From the NCBI RefSeq assembly GCF_000002075.1, contig NW_004797337.1:1380341-1444092 (forward strand): 63,752 nt of DNA, read 5' to 3'. Below, piece by piece: positions 12,763 to 24,700 of this stretch. Made by a program: the position numbers and the translations under genes. Positions within the stretch are counted from its first letter, which is position 1; every line of letters begins with the position of its first letter. Source of the stretch: Aplysia californica. Its lineage: Eukaryota. The notes under the pieces are model-generated. The model was not told the origin of the DNA, searched no databases, and saw nothing but the letters and a program-made list of their open reading frames with translations.

Positions 12763-13349
12763 GATGTAGATTCTAGATCTAGACAACAGACTCTTAGCTG
12801 TCAACAAAATGTCTTCTTCGAATGCATGCAGATAATGTTGCCTATGTAGGACTACGATCGCTCGGAGTACAACATGAGTGTGCTGGTAGTTCCATTTTTC
12901 TGGACATGGTCGGTCCCCACTCACCACTACTCCAACAAAACACTTCGTTTCACTTCCTGTGTAATTGTAGGCTAAAGTGTTCAGCATTTAATTTTTTCAA
13001 TGCACCGATCACGTGCCACTATTTATAAACATTGCAAAAAATGTAAATTATGTAACGCAAAGCACAAAATAATTATATTGGATTTTATTCAACCATAGCT
13101 CGCATGAACAAAATCAGATTTCGGTCATTTTGGTTCAGTTTAACCATTATATTTGAGACAATATTTTGAAAAAGAGAAAATAAAACCCCCCAACCCCAGG
13201 TGAAAGTGAAAATAAAAAGAATTACGGGAACCAATTCTGGCAGTTGTCTCCCTGGTTGCTAGTAGGAACACCACAAGCAAACCGGAAAAGGTTGACAGCC
13301 GCTGTGAAGAGAGCTCCTGGAATTTTAGAATTTTTCACGTTTTAGAGTC
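12763..13349. promoter_or_regulatory. Probable bidirectional promoter between TMEM116-like and PIERCE1
   Basis: Divergent ATGs are 587 bp apart. ETS-like CACTTCCTGT at 12951 and CCGGAA near 13282. RFX X-box-like half sites GTCTCCCTGGTTGCTAG at 13246-13262. Confidence 0.55.
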
Positions 13350-16300
13350 ATGGAATCTTCACAACAGGTACATAATTATACTCACGATGTAGACATTTAG
13401 TGGTATATAATTGAAGAAGAAAGCCATGGCTGACAAGTGAAGAGTTTTCAACGGTATGAAACCCCACTAAACTCATAAACAAAAACAAACAAAAAAAGCC
13501 CTCGACAGCAAGGCTCGGTTACTGATGAGCTAACAAAGAACTGTAATTGTGTTGTTTTCAAACAGCAGCACGCAAGATTACTCTGAATAAAATAAAGTGA
13601 CAAAAACGATGAATCTGTAAATGTACTCCTTATAGAGAGTCTAGATCTAATCCACTTTCAAAAAAGATAAACGTCGCCTAAAAAAAAAAAAAAGAAAAAA
13701 AAAAGAGAAGCAAAAAATAGAATATAATGATATAAATCTAGATATGTAGATCTAGATTCTAGATCTAGAATCTAGATCATCTAAATCTAGATCTAATTCT
13801 AAAACATATTATGTGTAGCCTAAGCCAGTTTTGTGAAGGGTTCAGATTTTAAAATGGTGCTTAAGTAGGTTTTTTGTTTTTTTGTTTTTGTAAAGTGTTT
13901 TACGGCGCTCGCAACTGCATAGGTCATATGAGCGCGCGGGACACACCTAATATTTTTAGTTGGTAGGAAATTTTGAATTTTGCCCTGGTGGCGGCCGAAG
14001 CCTACTCTTATCGATTTTAGACCACCAAGGGATCTTTAACGTGCGCAACTTGCACACGGGCCCTCCGAGATTTTTCACCCTTGTCCGAGAAGGCTATGTG
14101 TAGATCTTTCCTACCAGAAGATCAGGGGTGTGGCAGAAAGACAGCAGTTAGGAGGAGCCAGGGAGTAGCAGTAGAAAGGCTGCAGAAAGAGTCAGGAGCC
14201 CAGAGGAAGGGGCAAAGGAGGTGAGGGGGTGGGGGCAGAAAGTGGAAATGAAAGCAGACAACAGAACATTGCTAGAGAGCAGAAAAGGAGGTGAAAGGAG
14301 ACAATTTTAGAGAAGAAAATTTTTTGGTCGCTACCCGGATTCGAACCCGGGACCTTTGAATGAGAGGCCAACACCTTAACCTCTAGGCCACGAGAGCCCC
14401 CTAAGTAAGTTTAAAAGAAACAAAAACATTTGGTTGAAATTTTTTTTTTCTTCCATGGTATTCATTTCTAAAAGCAGTTCCAATCAGAAAGATGTAACCT
14501 ATGATTCTTTAGTGTGCCATAACAGCTGCTTTATGATTGGTGAACCTTTCCAACTTGTTGAATAAGGGGTTTAATCAGACTTTTTTGTTTATCAAAATCC
14601 TTCTTTTGGTTGAGCTGATTTGATGCTTGTTCTCCCTGTTTTAACGTACATGAATCTTGATACAGCTGCTTTTGAAAGCTCTGGTGTTAAAAAAAACAAC
14701 AACTTTAGATTTCTGATATTGATATCTACCTGTTTCTTTGCTGTTGAAATTAAGAAACATTATGATCTGCACTAGTGTCGATAAGATAGAACCAAGCATG
14801 TTTTTGGAGATGCTTTTACAGTCGAACCTGCCTTAACGGAAACCTGTATAAAACGGAAACCTGTCTTAACGGAATCTCCCTGCTCCCCCCTTGATATATT
14901 CCTCTTTAATTACCTCTATAAAACGGAAACCTGTCCAACGCGGAAACGGAAAGAAAAATCCGCTCCCTTCCGAGGATTTCACCTAAGACGGAAGATGCTT
15001 TGCCCGCTCAGCCCTTATTTGAAACAAAACTCGCAAGTTTGGTTCCGCTGGCTCTAACTCTAAACTAACACTATGGTCATGCGGCTGGACGAGGAAGGGG
15101 AGTAGGGGTGCAATTTGGGGATAGATGTTACCCTAGGCTTCCTCAGACTGAGGAAGCCTAGATGTTACCCCATCGTGTGAGCCCTGAGTGATGTAGATGG
15201 TCAGTGTAGTGTGGGTGTGAAATCTCTCGACTGCCCCTGAGAGTGCTTGAGTAGTGAGCCACTACGGAAACTTTCCTGGGTCCAGAAGCCAGAGGTGTGA
15301 AATTAGATTGACCAATGCCTGCCGCCCTGATCGTACAGCCAGCCGAGAAAAGAGTTCCTTGNNNNNNNNNNNNNNNNNNNNNNNNNNNNNNNNNNNNNNN
15401 NNNNNNNNNNNNNNNNNNNNNNNNNNNNNNNNNNNNNNNNNNNNNNNNNNNNNNNNNNNNNCTCCATCTCCCCCTAAATTCCTCTGTCTAAGACGGAATT
15501 TTTTTCTGGCTCCCTTGCGATTCCGTCTTACACAGGTTCGACTGTACTTTTAGATGTGAATAGATGTTTTAAAAAAGCTAATTTAAAGGTCATTGTTATG
15601 TACAGACAGGAAAGATTTTGGTTACGTTTCTTAAATTTTATATTCTGGCTTTTGTTTTACAGGAATTTGGGGCTGGTGGGGTGCCATGCAATGCACAGAC
15701 TTCAGACTATTATAGGACAAAAGACCTTCCCCAAAGATTTGAACACCCTGGTAAGTGATCAGTCTTTTTATTTAGAAATTTTAGCATATTCACCCCCAGG
15801 GCTTGTCCTTGTTAGATTGACCATGAATTATGAGTCATATGATTTCTGTTTGTTTTCTGCTGTGCCTTATTTGCACTTCAATTTTAAAATGTCTCTCTAC
15901 CACTACCAGTATGGAAAGCTGCTTGTTTTGTCACAGACAGAATCTTATAGGAGAAATTTACTTAGTTACTTACTACCCGTTACGTCATCTGGCGTTTAGG
16001 GCAGCAACAAAGGATCTCCAGCTCTGTTTGTTTTGGGCCATCTTGGTCAACGTCCCCCACAAATGGTTCAAGGACTTCATTTCAGACTGTACTGTGCGTC
16101 TCCAGGTCACTTTGGGTCTGCCCCTCTTGCGATGTCATTCAGGTGTCCAGTGGAGGGCAGTCTTTACAATAGAGTCTGGTTCTCTTCTCAGAACATGCCC
16201 AATCCATCTCCATCTTCTCCTTGTTATTAGGAGAAATGGCAAATTGTTTTAAAGTTTTATGTTTGAAATTTGATTGTGATAGGTGTAGGATGTTGTGTCT

Positions 16301-17960
16301 ATACAATAGATGCATTTTCTATTTCAGTCTATTTTCCGTGATAGATACAGAGGTATGATGTAGTTAGAAAATGTGGACTAAGCGAATAAGAACTTAATAA
16401 TAGAAACTACTGTGTTATCAACCAGATTTCGTGAAAAAAAGTTAACCAAGAGTTTCCTTATATTATAAAGTCATTTGAACCATTTGCAGAGAATGAATCA
16501 CTTTAATCTTACTCTCAAACTATCATTACTATCAAGAAGGCTTTTGGAAAAAAGTTCTTGTTTTTTTTCACCCTTGGATTGGTAAAATACGCCTATAGCA
16601 GCTTCAGTTTGGTTGAAAATTTTATTTCAAACTGTTTGATTGAGGTTGCGTTTTATTTCTTCACTTTAGATGTGTTCAAGGGGTACGGGAAAAAACCTCA
16701 GCACCCAATGTACACCACAGAGGCGTCCACATATGGGTCAAAACCCCCATCAGTCCACACAGTTCCCCTGTGTTTTAACGCCAGGTCTCAGGGATTCTCA
16801 GGGGTAAGTTTTGTCTTCATCCACCGAGACAATGATGCTGCTCTTCTAGGAGGGTTTAACAGACTCAGCCCGCCTTGCCACTCACAGCGACTGACTGTCT
16901 ACTATGTTTTACTCAGAGCTGTTCAAAGCGGCTCTTATCTATTACTCCTTCTTCACATTACTTTCCTCTCTTCTTTTTTTATCTGCCACTTACATTTCAA
17001 TCCTTTTTCCTGGTGTTATTGAATAGTATTTTTTGTTCTGAACATTTTTGTATGCCACATATAGGGTTTTATCAAATTTAGATATTTTTGTTCAAAGGGT
17101 ACGGGAAAAAACCTCAGCACCCAATGTACACCACAGAGGCGTCCACATAGGGTTTTATCAAATTTAGATATTTGTACAGGTGATTGTATTGTACAGGTGG
17201 TCGTTACAGAAAGTTTGACTGAATAATGTATTAGTCAAGTTTTTAATCAACGTGGCTACAACAGCTGTATAAAGATAGGTAGTGTCCCCAGAATGCACAT
17301 ATTTCAATGCTGTCTGCTATCATCATCTCTCGTTACATTGAAATACTAATTGTTGGACAGGGATGGACACTTGTGATTCTTACGAAGGATTCAAAACCTC
17401 GTGCATTCATCAGTCTGATTGTCTCAAAAATGAGATAGCTCAGAGAAGCTATTATTTAGAACCATCCCCATCACAATTTAAAAAGTCCATTTAGCATAAC
17501 GTAATGAAGTTCATATTTAAAATCAGTCAAAGGCACAAGACTAATTTGTACAGTCAATAATTTCAAATGGTGGAAATTTTAAGTTTTTCCCACTGTCAGA
17601 TCCTGACATTGACATAAATTTTAAAGTTCAACAGAAAGTGAGCATACTCCTCATTATACTCATTTAACTTTGTAGTGTGATAATTACTTTTGTGAGGGGA
17701 AATCCTTACTATACCTTTTTAGCATTGTAGTAACATATTTAATTTTGTGAGTTGAAATCCTCACCACACTTGTTCAGCTTTAATGTACAGTCACAAATTT
17801 TGTGTGTTGAAATCCTCTATTATTGCATTGCATGTCAAGCATTCTCAGACGCTTAGAAGTACAACTCATGAACTGATTCTATCTTTTCCAGCATCTAGCG
17901 AAATGTGGAATGCCCCGCAACTTCTCTCTCAACACATCCACTGACAAGAGTGTGGTTTGA
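13350..17960 (+). CDS. PIERCE1: PIERCE1/C9orf116-like ciliary microtubule inner protein, 102 aa
   Basis: Exons 13350-13367, 15663-15750, 16670-16803, 17892-17960 (309 nt, phases match). Protein MESSQQEFGAGGVPCNAQTSDYYRTKDLPQRFEHPDVFKGYGKKPQHPMYTTEASTYGSKPPSVHTVPLCFNARSQGFSGHLAKCGMPRNFSLNTSTDKSVV* carries the PIERCE signatures TSDYYR..LP.RF..P..F.GY, Y.T....YGS..P and GM.RN..LN. AATAAA at 18307. Exon 1 is the least certain. Confidence 0.88.
13870..14401 (-). mobile_element. Full-length tRNA-derived SINE with Nin/Deu-like central domain (family A)
   Basis: Head has an A box (TGGCCTAGAGG), a CTCTCA Glu-like loop and a B box (GGTTCGAATCC). Core CTCGGA...GCACGTTAAAGATCCC...TAAGAGTAGG...GCAAAATTC resembles the Deu/Nin domain. 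Tail GCCGTAAAACAC plus (A4-5C)n. Imperfect TSD TAAGTA(G/A)GTTT. Confidence 0.85.
14819..15544. mobile_element. Tc1/mariner-pogo (Tigger-like) MITE spanning a gap
   Basis: TA|CAGTCGAACCTG ... CAGGTTCGACTG|TA, with internal AACGGAAACCTGT repeats. Confidence 0.85.
15960..16228 (-). mobile_element. RTE-clade LINE 3' fragment
   Basis: Translates to ITRRRWRWIGHVLRREPDSIVKTALHWTPE*HRKRGRPKVTWRRTV...WRSFVAAL; (TAAG)n tail. Confidence 0.85.
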
Positions 17961-18544
17961 CAAGATAAAGCAGTCGAGATTCTACTTCATGGTTTATCTA
18001 TTGTAATGAGCTCAAAGAAAATAGGGATGAACAGAAAGAACTGTTCACCGAACTCATTTATTCACCAGAGTGCTTTTGCTCACTTTATGTTATTTTGAGT
18101 CATTCATATATGATATGGAAAATTTAATTAGGACTTAAAGGTAAAAATATTTGTGATTGGACTAGCTGAGGATCGAGTCAGTTTTCACTGAGTGCAAAAT
18201 GATGTAACGGGTGGAGTCCACCACTTAGAAGTTGAAGAACACATGTGACAAAGTATGTAATTGTTATTGACTGTATTCACTTGGTGGTTTAGTTCTTTGG
18301 TCTGTAAATAAATCAAACCTATTATTTGTTTGATGTCACCGCAGTTTGCTTTTCCTTTTTTTTTAATGCTGTGGCTTAGTACTATTTTGAGTCATATTTT
18401 TCATCTTATCATTTTGTTAATGCATCAACAATAAATGTTCTTGGTACAGCATGCAGTTTAATCTTCTCTGTCCATTGCTTGAGCTTATGAGGCATTACTT
18501 ATGTGGCAGCTATAAACCGAGTACTTTGTACTTGGATTTAAATT

Positions 18545-18868
18545 CCTTGAGTAGAAGAGAACAAGTCACGATCTTTTGCCAGTGAACCCAACACATCCCA
18601 CTGAATTCCTACTCAAATAGGATCCGCAAGGATACCCTACCTGACTGTCCGTTGTGTGACTGCCAGGACAAAACAGTATCTCACCACCTCTTTACCTTCC
18701 CTGCACTTAGCGACCTATGTAGCACCTACCTACCTGCCTCCTTAGATATCGGAAATACTCTATACAGCAACAAAACACAGCTGATAAAAACCTCTAAATT
18801 CATTGCCATATCGACAGGCCGAAGGGCTAGAACTCAGATGGCCACTGGATCAGAAAAGTAAAGTAAAT
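18545..18868 (+). mobile_element. I-group (Ingi/Nimb-like) LINE 3' fragment
   Basis: LSRREQVTIF...HIPLNSY...DCPLCDCQDKTVSHHLFT (decayed CCHC knuckle)...NTLYSNKTQLIKTSKF; (AAGTA)n tail. Confidence 0.7.
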
Positions 18869-20192
18869 TACTTGGATTTATGATAAGCGCCTAGAGCTGT
18901 GTGTTCACAGGAGTAGGCGCTATAAAAATGACCTACATTCTTCTTCTTCTAATTATTATACCATAGAAGCTAGGATATAACACATTCATCTCAGTATTCC
19001 TGGTATCTTGCTCTCCATTAAGAACTATGAAGGGAGTAAAACCACTGGAAAGAACAAATGGCAGTTGATGTCGTCATCAACATTACTGGTCAGTGTTTTT
19101 TTTTAATAGAGGGTTTTACGGCGCTCGCAACTGCATAAGGTCAAATGAGCGCTTACTGGTCATAATCATGTTTCTGGTAGTGAAAATAAAAAACAGTGGA
19201 AAGTACAGTCTACCCAAAGTCAACACAAGAAAAAAATAAATCACTCGTAAACAAAAATAAATTTTGGATATGTATCCACACTTATGTCACATTGTCGCAT
19301 TCTCTTTTCAACCACATTTGCTTGTCTTAAATTCAACTTTATTTTGTCCGCCACTTCTTTCCTCTTGCTCCTTCTCACCACTCTCACTTCTTAGGTCTGA
19401 CAATCAATTGGAGATTCCAACACTAGAACCTCGAACCCATCATGAAGGAGCACAATGAACATAAAAGATTGCCATCCCTCACTGCAGGGGGAGCAGCTCC
19501 ATACTCCCTCATTGACAGCCTTCTGTCGGCACCTCCATTTTACATTTGTTGGCCTCGGTGGTCTTTCTCAAAATGTGGGATATACTGAGCACACTTCCAT
19601 GTTTCGTACTGCATAATGACAATAATGCCAAAGGAGTCTAGGGTGGGCATATAATCTGATGCAAATGGAACTGGCTAAATAGTAGGGGCAAAAAGTAGAG
19701 ATGGGGATAAAGGAAAGGTTGACATAAAGCATAATGATAGGGTGGAATTGAATCAAATGTTCGAAAACATTGAATACATCCCATACAGCTTACAATAAGA
19801 CACAATGATGATCTATTGGATCAAACTCTAGTAAAATCATCCCTTTCACGATGCAAGAGTTCTTGCCTTTAGTCTACACATTTGAGAAATGATCCTCGGT
19901 GGCTGGTCACTTTGGTGGCTAGCAGTGCAAACCATGCACTGCGATAGCTTTGCCCCGTTGAGTGAAAACTGTTGTGAAGTCGTTATCAGGGACATTTAAC
20001 ACGAGGAGCTGTAACTCAAACCCGATAGAAAGTCTACACTCTATATAGTCTTCAGGTCTCCTATTTCGCAATGTTACACAAACAGCAAAGAGAACTCTCT
20101 ACACAGAAGTAGAGCAGTAAGTGGACTTCTCTTCAGCTCAATTAACAGAAAAAAAGAGAAAATTAACATACATACTTCTCTTGTTTAAATCT

Positions 20193-20198
20193 TTTATT
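20193..20198 (-). terminator. Candidate COG6 polyadenylation signal
   Basis: AATAAA on the minus strand about 1.6 kb downstream of the COG6 stop. Position is inferred only. Confidence 0.4.
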
Positions 20199-20829
20199 CA
20201 AGAAAATACCCACTTTGGCTGGTCTTAAGACTAACCACATTCCCAATACAAGTATGTATATATGTCAAAGACTATCATGGTCATTGTTGAACACAATAGA
20301 ATAACAAAATATGTTTACATTATTTCAGCACCTACAAGTACAAATCGAATTATACAAAATCACAGTTAAACGAGTAACAGTAATGTCAAACCATACCATC
20401 AAATATCCACAACAACAAAACCGACAACTTTCATACAGTTTCATACTTTCAGTATATCAAGCTATCTTTCAATTTTCTTTTTCACTTTCCAGAGCATGTT
20501 GGCTGAGAATAATGAAGATGAAAAAAAAAAAAAAGAAAGTCTTGTAATTCATTTTTGTCAAACATCAGTCTTTCCTGATACAAGTCTCTTCAGTTCATTT
20601 CTCAGCTCTCATCATATACTACAAAATGTCCAGATGACAGGTACATAATTCTTTCTTTAAGAACTGTACATAAAAACCCAGAGACTACGACTATTCTGCT
20701 CTGCCACAACAAACTCTTAGAAAAAAAACCCCAAGTACATTATTTCGACTACTTAGTTAAAGACTCTGTAATACCCCACTTTTCAAAATGCTGTATGGTG
20801 AAGTCTTACACTAAACAGTTGATATATAA

Positions 20830-21078
20830 GGGGGTGAGATGCAAAACCTGTCAAGTGACATTTTGGAAAAAATCGAGATTTTTATGCTTATAACTTTATG
20901 CACATTATTACCGGCTATTAGATGCACAAAGTGTTTTCGGCCAAAATCCAACACATACTTCATAAAAGCCACCCAAAAATCTTCTTTTTACGCATGTTCG
21001 TGCGTATAGCAGCATAAAAAAAAGCTGATTTTCTCAAAAGTGCTAAAATGGATGTAGTGGGTTTTGCATCTCAGGCCC
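20830..21078. mobile_element. MITE, possibly PIF/Harbinger-like
   Basis: TAA|GGGGGTGAGATGCAAAACC ... GGTTTTGCATCTCAGGCCC|TTA. Confidence 0.7.
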
Positions 21079-21084
21079 TTATAC

Positions 21085-21356
21085 GTTCTAATCTTTCGTA
21101 AAGAAAACCCTGTCTGTGACTGTTCATAGTGGGGTCGGCAACTCGGAGAAGTGTCTGTGTGGAACCGGCAACTGAACAGGAAACTATAAAACAAGCCTGC
21201 CAAGTGCATAAAGCACTTAGAATGAAGTATTAGCCCGACCCTAAGCAAGAAACCCCAAAACTCTACCGGAGCCTGGAGGACCTGCAGTGTTCAGCAGCCT
21301 TCACACAAGATACTGGGATGTCAATATATAAAAATGAAGGAGAAGAAAAAGAAGAA
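21085..21356 (+). mobile_element. Ingi-like LINE 3' fragment, antisense in the COG6 3' UTR
   Basis: GVGNSEKCLCGTG...KLYRSLEDLQCSAAFTQDTGMSI followed by (GAA)n. Confidence 0.6.
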
Positions 21357-21524
21357 TGTTCATAGTTTGACAAACACAGTGGACCTTTGTTTTTATGGTA
21401 CAGCACCTTTTTAGACCCAAAAGCATGTCTGCAGCAGCTGAGTTACCTACAGGAAGCGTTCCTGGGACTTGAGGACAATGAAGTACATATGTACATCATA
21501 GGTCATACTCCTGTTTTTGGAGGT

Positions 21525-21715
21525 TTTTTGTTTGATTTAGTACGCATCTTACAGCACTTGCAACCCAATTAGGTCATACAAGTGCTGAAGATTAGAGGTG
21601 TTACATGTACAAGAGAGTAACAATCACATTAAAGAAGGAGGTGAGATAAGGACGATAGATGTTTGATAGGAAAGAAGGAGAAAATCACAGCAGAGCACAT
21701 GCCAATCACCCACAT
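21525..21715 (-). mobile_element. Family B retroposon in the COG6 3' UTR
   Basis: Colinear with the family. Starts ~60 nt after the COG6 stop. Confidence 0.7.
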
Positions 21716-21772
21716 GTCATACTGCAAGTACACACAGCAGAGGCAGTACGCTACAGTAGCATAATGAGGATT

Positions 21773-24700
21773 TTAGTTCAAAAGATGAGTCACTTGGTCG
21801 GGTGTCCTAGGCACAATACTCTTCCCATCTTTGTAACCATTTTCAGGATCCAGAATGGCGTTGAAGATTTGTTTGTAAGCTTCACACACCAGTTCCACTG
21901 ATCTCTTCTTTGCCGTTTCCCTGAGTCCACGTTGGAAGAGAAAACACATGAGAATTATTCATACTGTTAATAAGTACAGTAAACCTGCTCTTATGAACAT
22001 CTGTCCAAGACAATCACTTGTACAAAAGACACTTGCTACTTTCCCCCTTATGTTTTTTTCTATATTATATTCTAATGACTTTGTTCAAGAGGACCACCTG
22101 TCTAAGAAGATCACTTTTCTCCTCAACAAATGGTGGTCGTCTTGGACAGGTTTGACTGTACATAGGAATCAATTCTTACTTGCTAATTTATTACAAATAC
22201 TCTTTCTAAAAGAAGAAACATTTACAGACCCCCCTATTCTTATCTGCCAATTTATCGCAAATACTCTTTCTAAAGGAAGAAACATTTACAGACGTAGGAA
22301 TTGATTTTTACTTGCTAATTAAGAAAGCAGACCATAAGTTCTTTACGACACATCACCTGACAATTAAGACCAAAGCTCAAAATGGATGTAAACACTTGGC
22401 AAAGGTGTGCCAATACAAACAACGATTTCAAAAGCTGTAACTTTTCCCTTGATTTTGTTCATTATACAAGTTGATACTTTATTCATATACACTGTCTCTA
22501 CCATTAGCTAGATATCAAATAACAAATTCTTTTCTTTCTTTATTTTTTGAGACAGCTATCTTTTAACCACATCGAATACTACAACACGTCTGAATGGGTG
22601 TATTTATTAATAATAATAATAGATAGCATTTGTATAGCGCATATTCCCGCTCAAGAGCAGGCTCTATGCGCTTTACACTATATTATTACCCCAGCAGACC
22701 ATAGAACACTCCGAAACATTCTCAGCTTCCCGGGAAGCATAAAGTGCAAGCAGCTGATTAAGCGCTCAAACACTAACAAACTGACAAGATCTTTCGCTGT
22801 CTATAGCTGGGTACCCATTCCCACCTGGGTGAAGTGAGGAAAATTCGTGTAAAGTGCCTTTCCCAAGGACACAACGTCGGGTCCTTGACGGGATTCGAAC
22901 CCACGACCTTACGGTTGCGAGTCCGAGAGCCTAACCATTAGGCCACCGACGCCACTGTGATCTGCACTCTGCATAAGAAGTCAAACAAAAATTTTTAACC
23001 TCAAGATATAAGCTGCTCATAAGTCAAGCTGCCTTCCTGTATAGAAATGACCTATGGCTTTAAAAAGTTTGGAATATAGAGTTTTGGCAATCTGAGAGAT
23101 TTGTTGTAGTTAAGAGTTTCACAACTCTTGCAACACAATTAAGTCATAAAAGTGTCGAAGATTACAGGTGTTAAAAGAGAGTAACAAACGCAAAAAAAAA
23201 GGAGAGATAAGGATGATAGATGTTTGAATGGAAAGAAGGAGCAAACCACACAGGAGCACCCGCCAACCACCTAGATTATTGCATCAATGCCACAAAGGGT
23301 TGATTACCTCACTGTTACACCTAGAATCAGGCTACACTGGGGGAGAGTGAGACTGTCAGGTTGGGCCAGGTAACTGTCAAACTTGTTCTGTAAAATAAGA
23401 CAATACATAGGTTTTGTTCAATAGCAAATACATAAAGCAAAATGTGCCATTCAAATGGAACCCCATAAGGATGACAAGAAAAATGAAAACCATCAAAGTA
23501 CAGGTAAGCATCAGAAAGCCAACGTGACCAACTCAAAGAGGGCAGTTTTCCACCAGGTGATAAATCAATACTCAGAATGATAGTCATTGTACAGATTTTA
23601 CAACCCTTTTAACACTGTAAAGTTATATAAGAGGCAAGATCTCTGAATTCAACGTCAGTTTCCTTTAGGAACAAACCAAACGGGAAGAGAGCCATAAAAC
23701 TCTCTTAAACAATTCAAGTTTAGAACCCATGACGGATAGTTATGTTATTAGTGTTAGTAAACGGCAAAACATTCTTACCACAGCAGATTTAATAGCCAGC
23801 TCATCTAGTCCTGGTAATGATGACAGAGGTCCCTGAGAAATAAACAAAACCCGTACAAGACAAGGAACATTGTAACAACTTGACAATGACAATGACAATC
23901 TTTATTCATCTCGCAGGGAGAAATTTGTCTTGGTCGTTAACAATGGCAGTAGACGTTCCAAAAGTTAGACTTAAAGGTGCACTCATGCAAACGCACAACA
24001 AGACAGGACATTAGGCCAAGTAAAAACATGTCTCACGTGCTGGGACAACCCGCTCTGTAAAACATTCTCTCTCTCTCTCTCACTCTCTCTCTGTTTCATT
24101 TGTAGCACTGTGTGTTCAGTAACCTCACTGCAGTTGGTACGAATTAATTTCTATATCTGTCTGTTCTTGCTTTTTAAAAAATGTATCGCTTCTCTGCAAT
24201 AGTAAAATAAAACCAACGAAGCTTGAGTAATATCTAGTGGTAGACAAGGAATACAGGTACAAAGAGCCTTGACAGGAGATTTGCATAATAAGAGTTTGGG
24301 TTTTATAACATTTTTGATACTCATGAATATGAGTGGCGGATGACAAAAAACCCTGAAAACTTTGAAGTGCGCAAGTACTAACAGAAATAGAAAAATTGTA
24401 AAATTCTACCTTTCACATTGAAAGTAAAAATTAACATTTTGCTCAGGGCAATCAGTCAAATTTTTTTCTAAAGTTCCAGCTTTAGCAGGACAACTTTTAT
24501 ACCTAAACACTACTCGGTCAAGTAAGGTCCAGAAAGAAATTTGGGCCATAGCAAAACATAAAAAGCAATAAACAACACCAAAGTATCTGTACATTATTTG
24601 CACAAATAAGCAATGGGCATAGGCTAACTGTATATGAAGGAAAATGTGTGGCCTATGCACCATTGAGCAATATTTTTACACGCCAAATACATTTTTAACA

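Noticed and set aside
13520-13560. CTGATGAG as a hammerhead ribozyme core
   Set aside because: No stem II followed by GAAA. The other CTGATGA sites I inspected also failed.
14325-14401. tRNA-Glu-like gene (also ~42290-42363, ~45230-45306, ~22880-22955)
   Set aside because: The acceptor and anticodon stems do not pair properly, and each runs into a SINE body and tail.
19290-19560. Purine-rich minus-strand stretch that looks coding
   Set aside because: Short and bounded by stops, with no consistent splice sites or homology.
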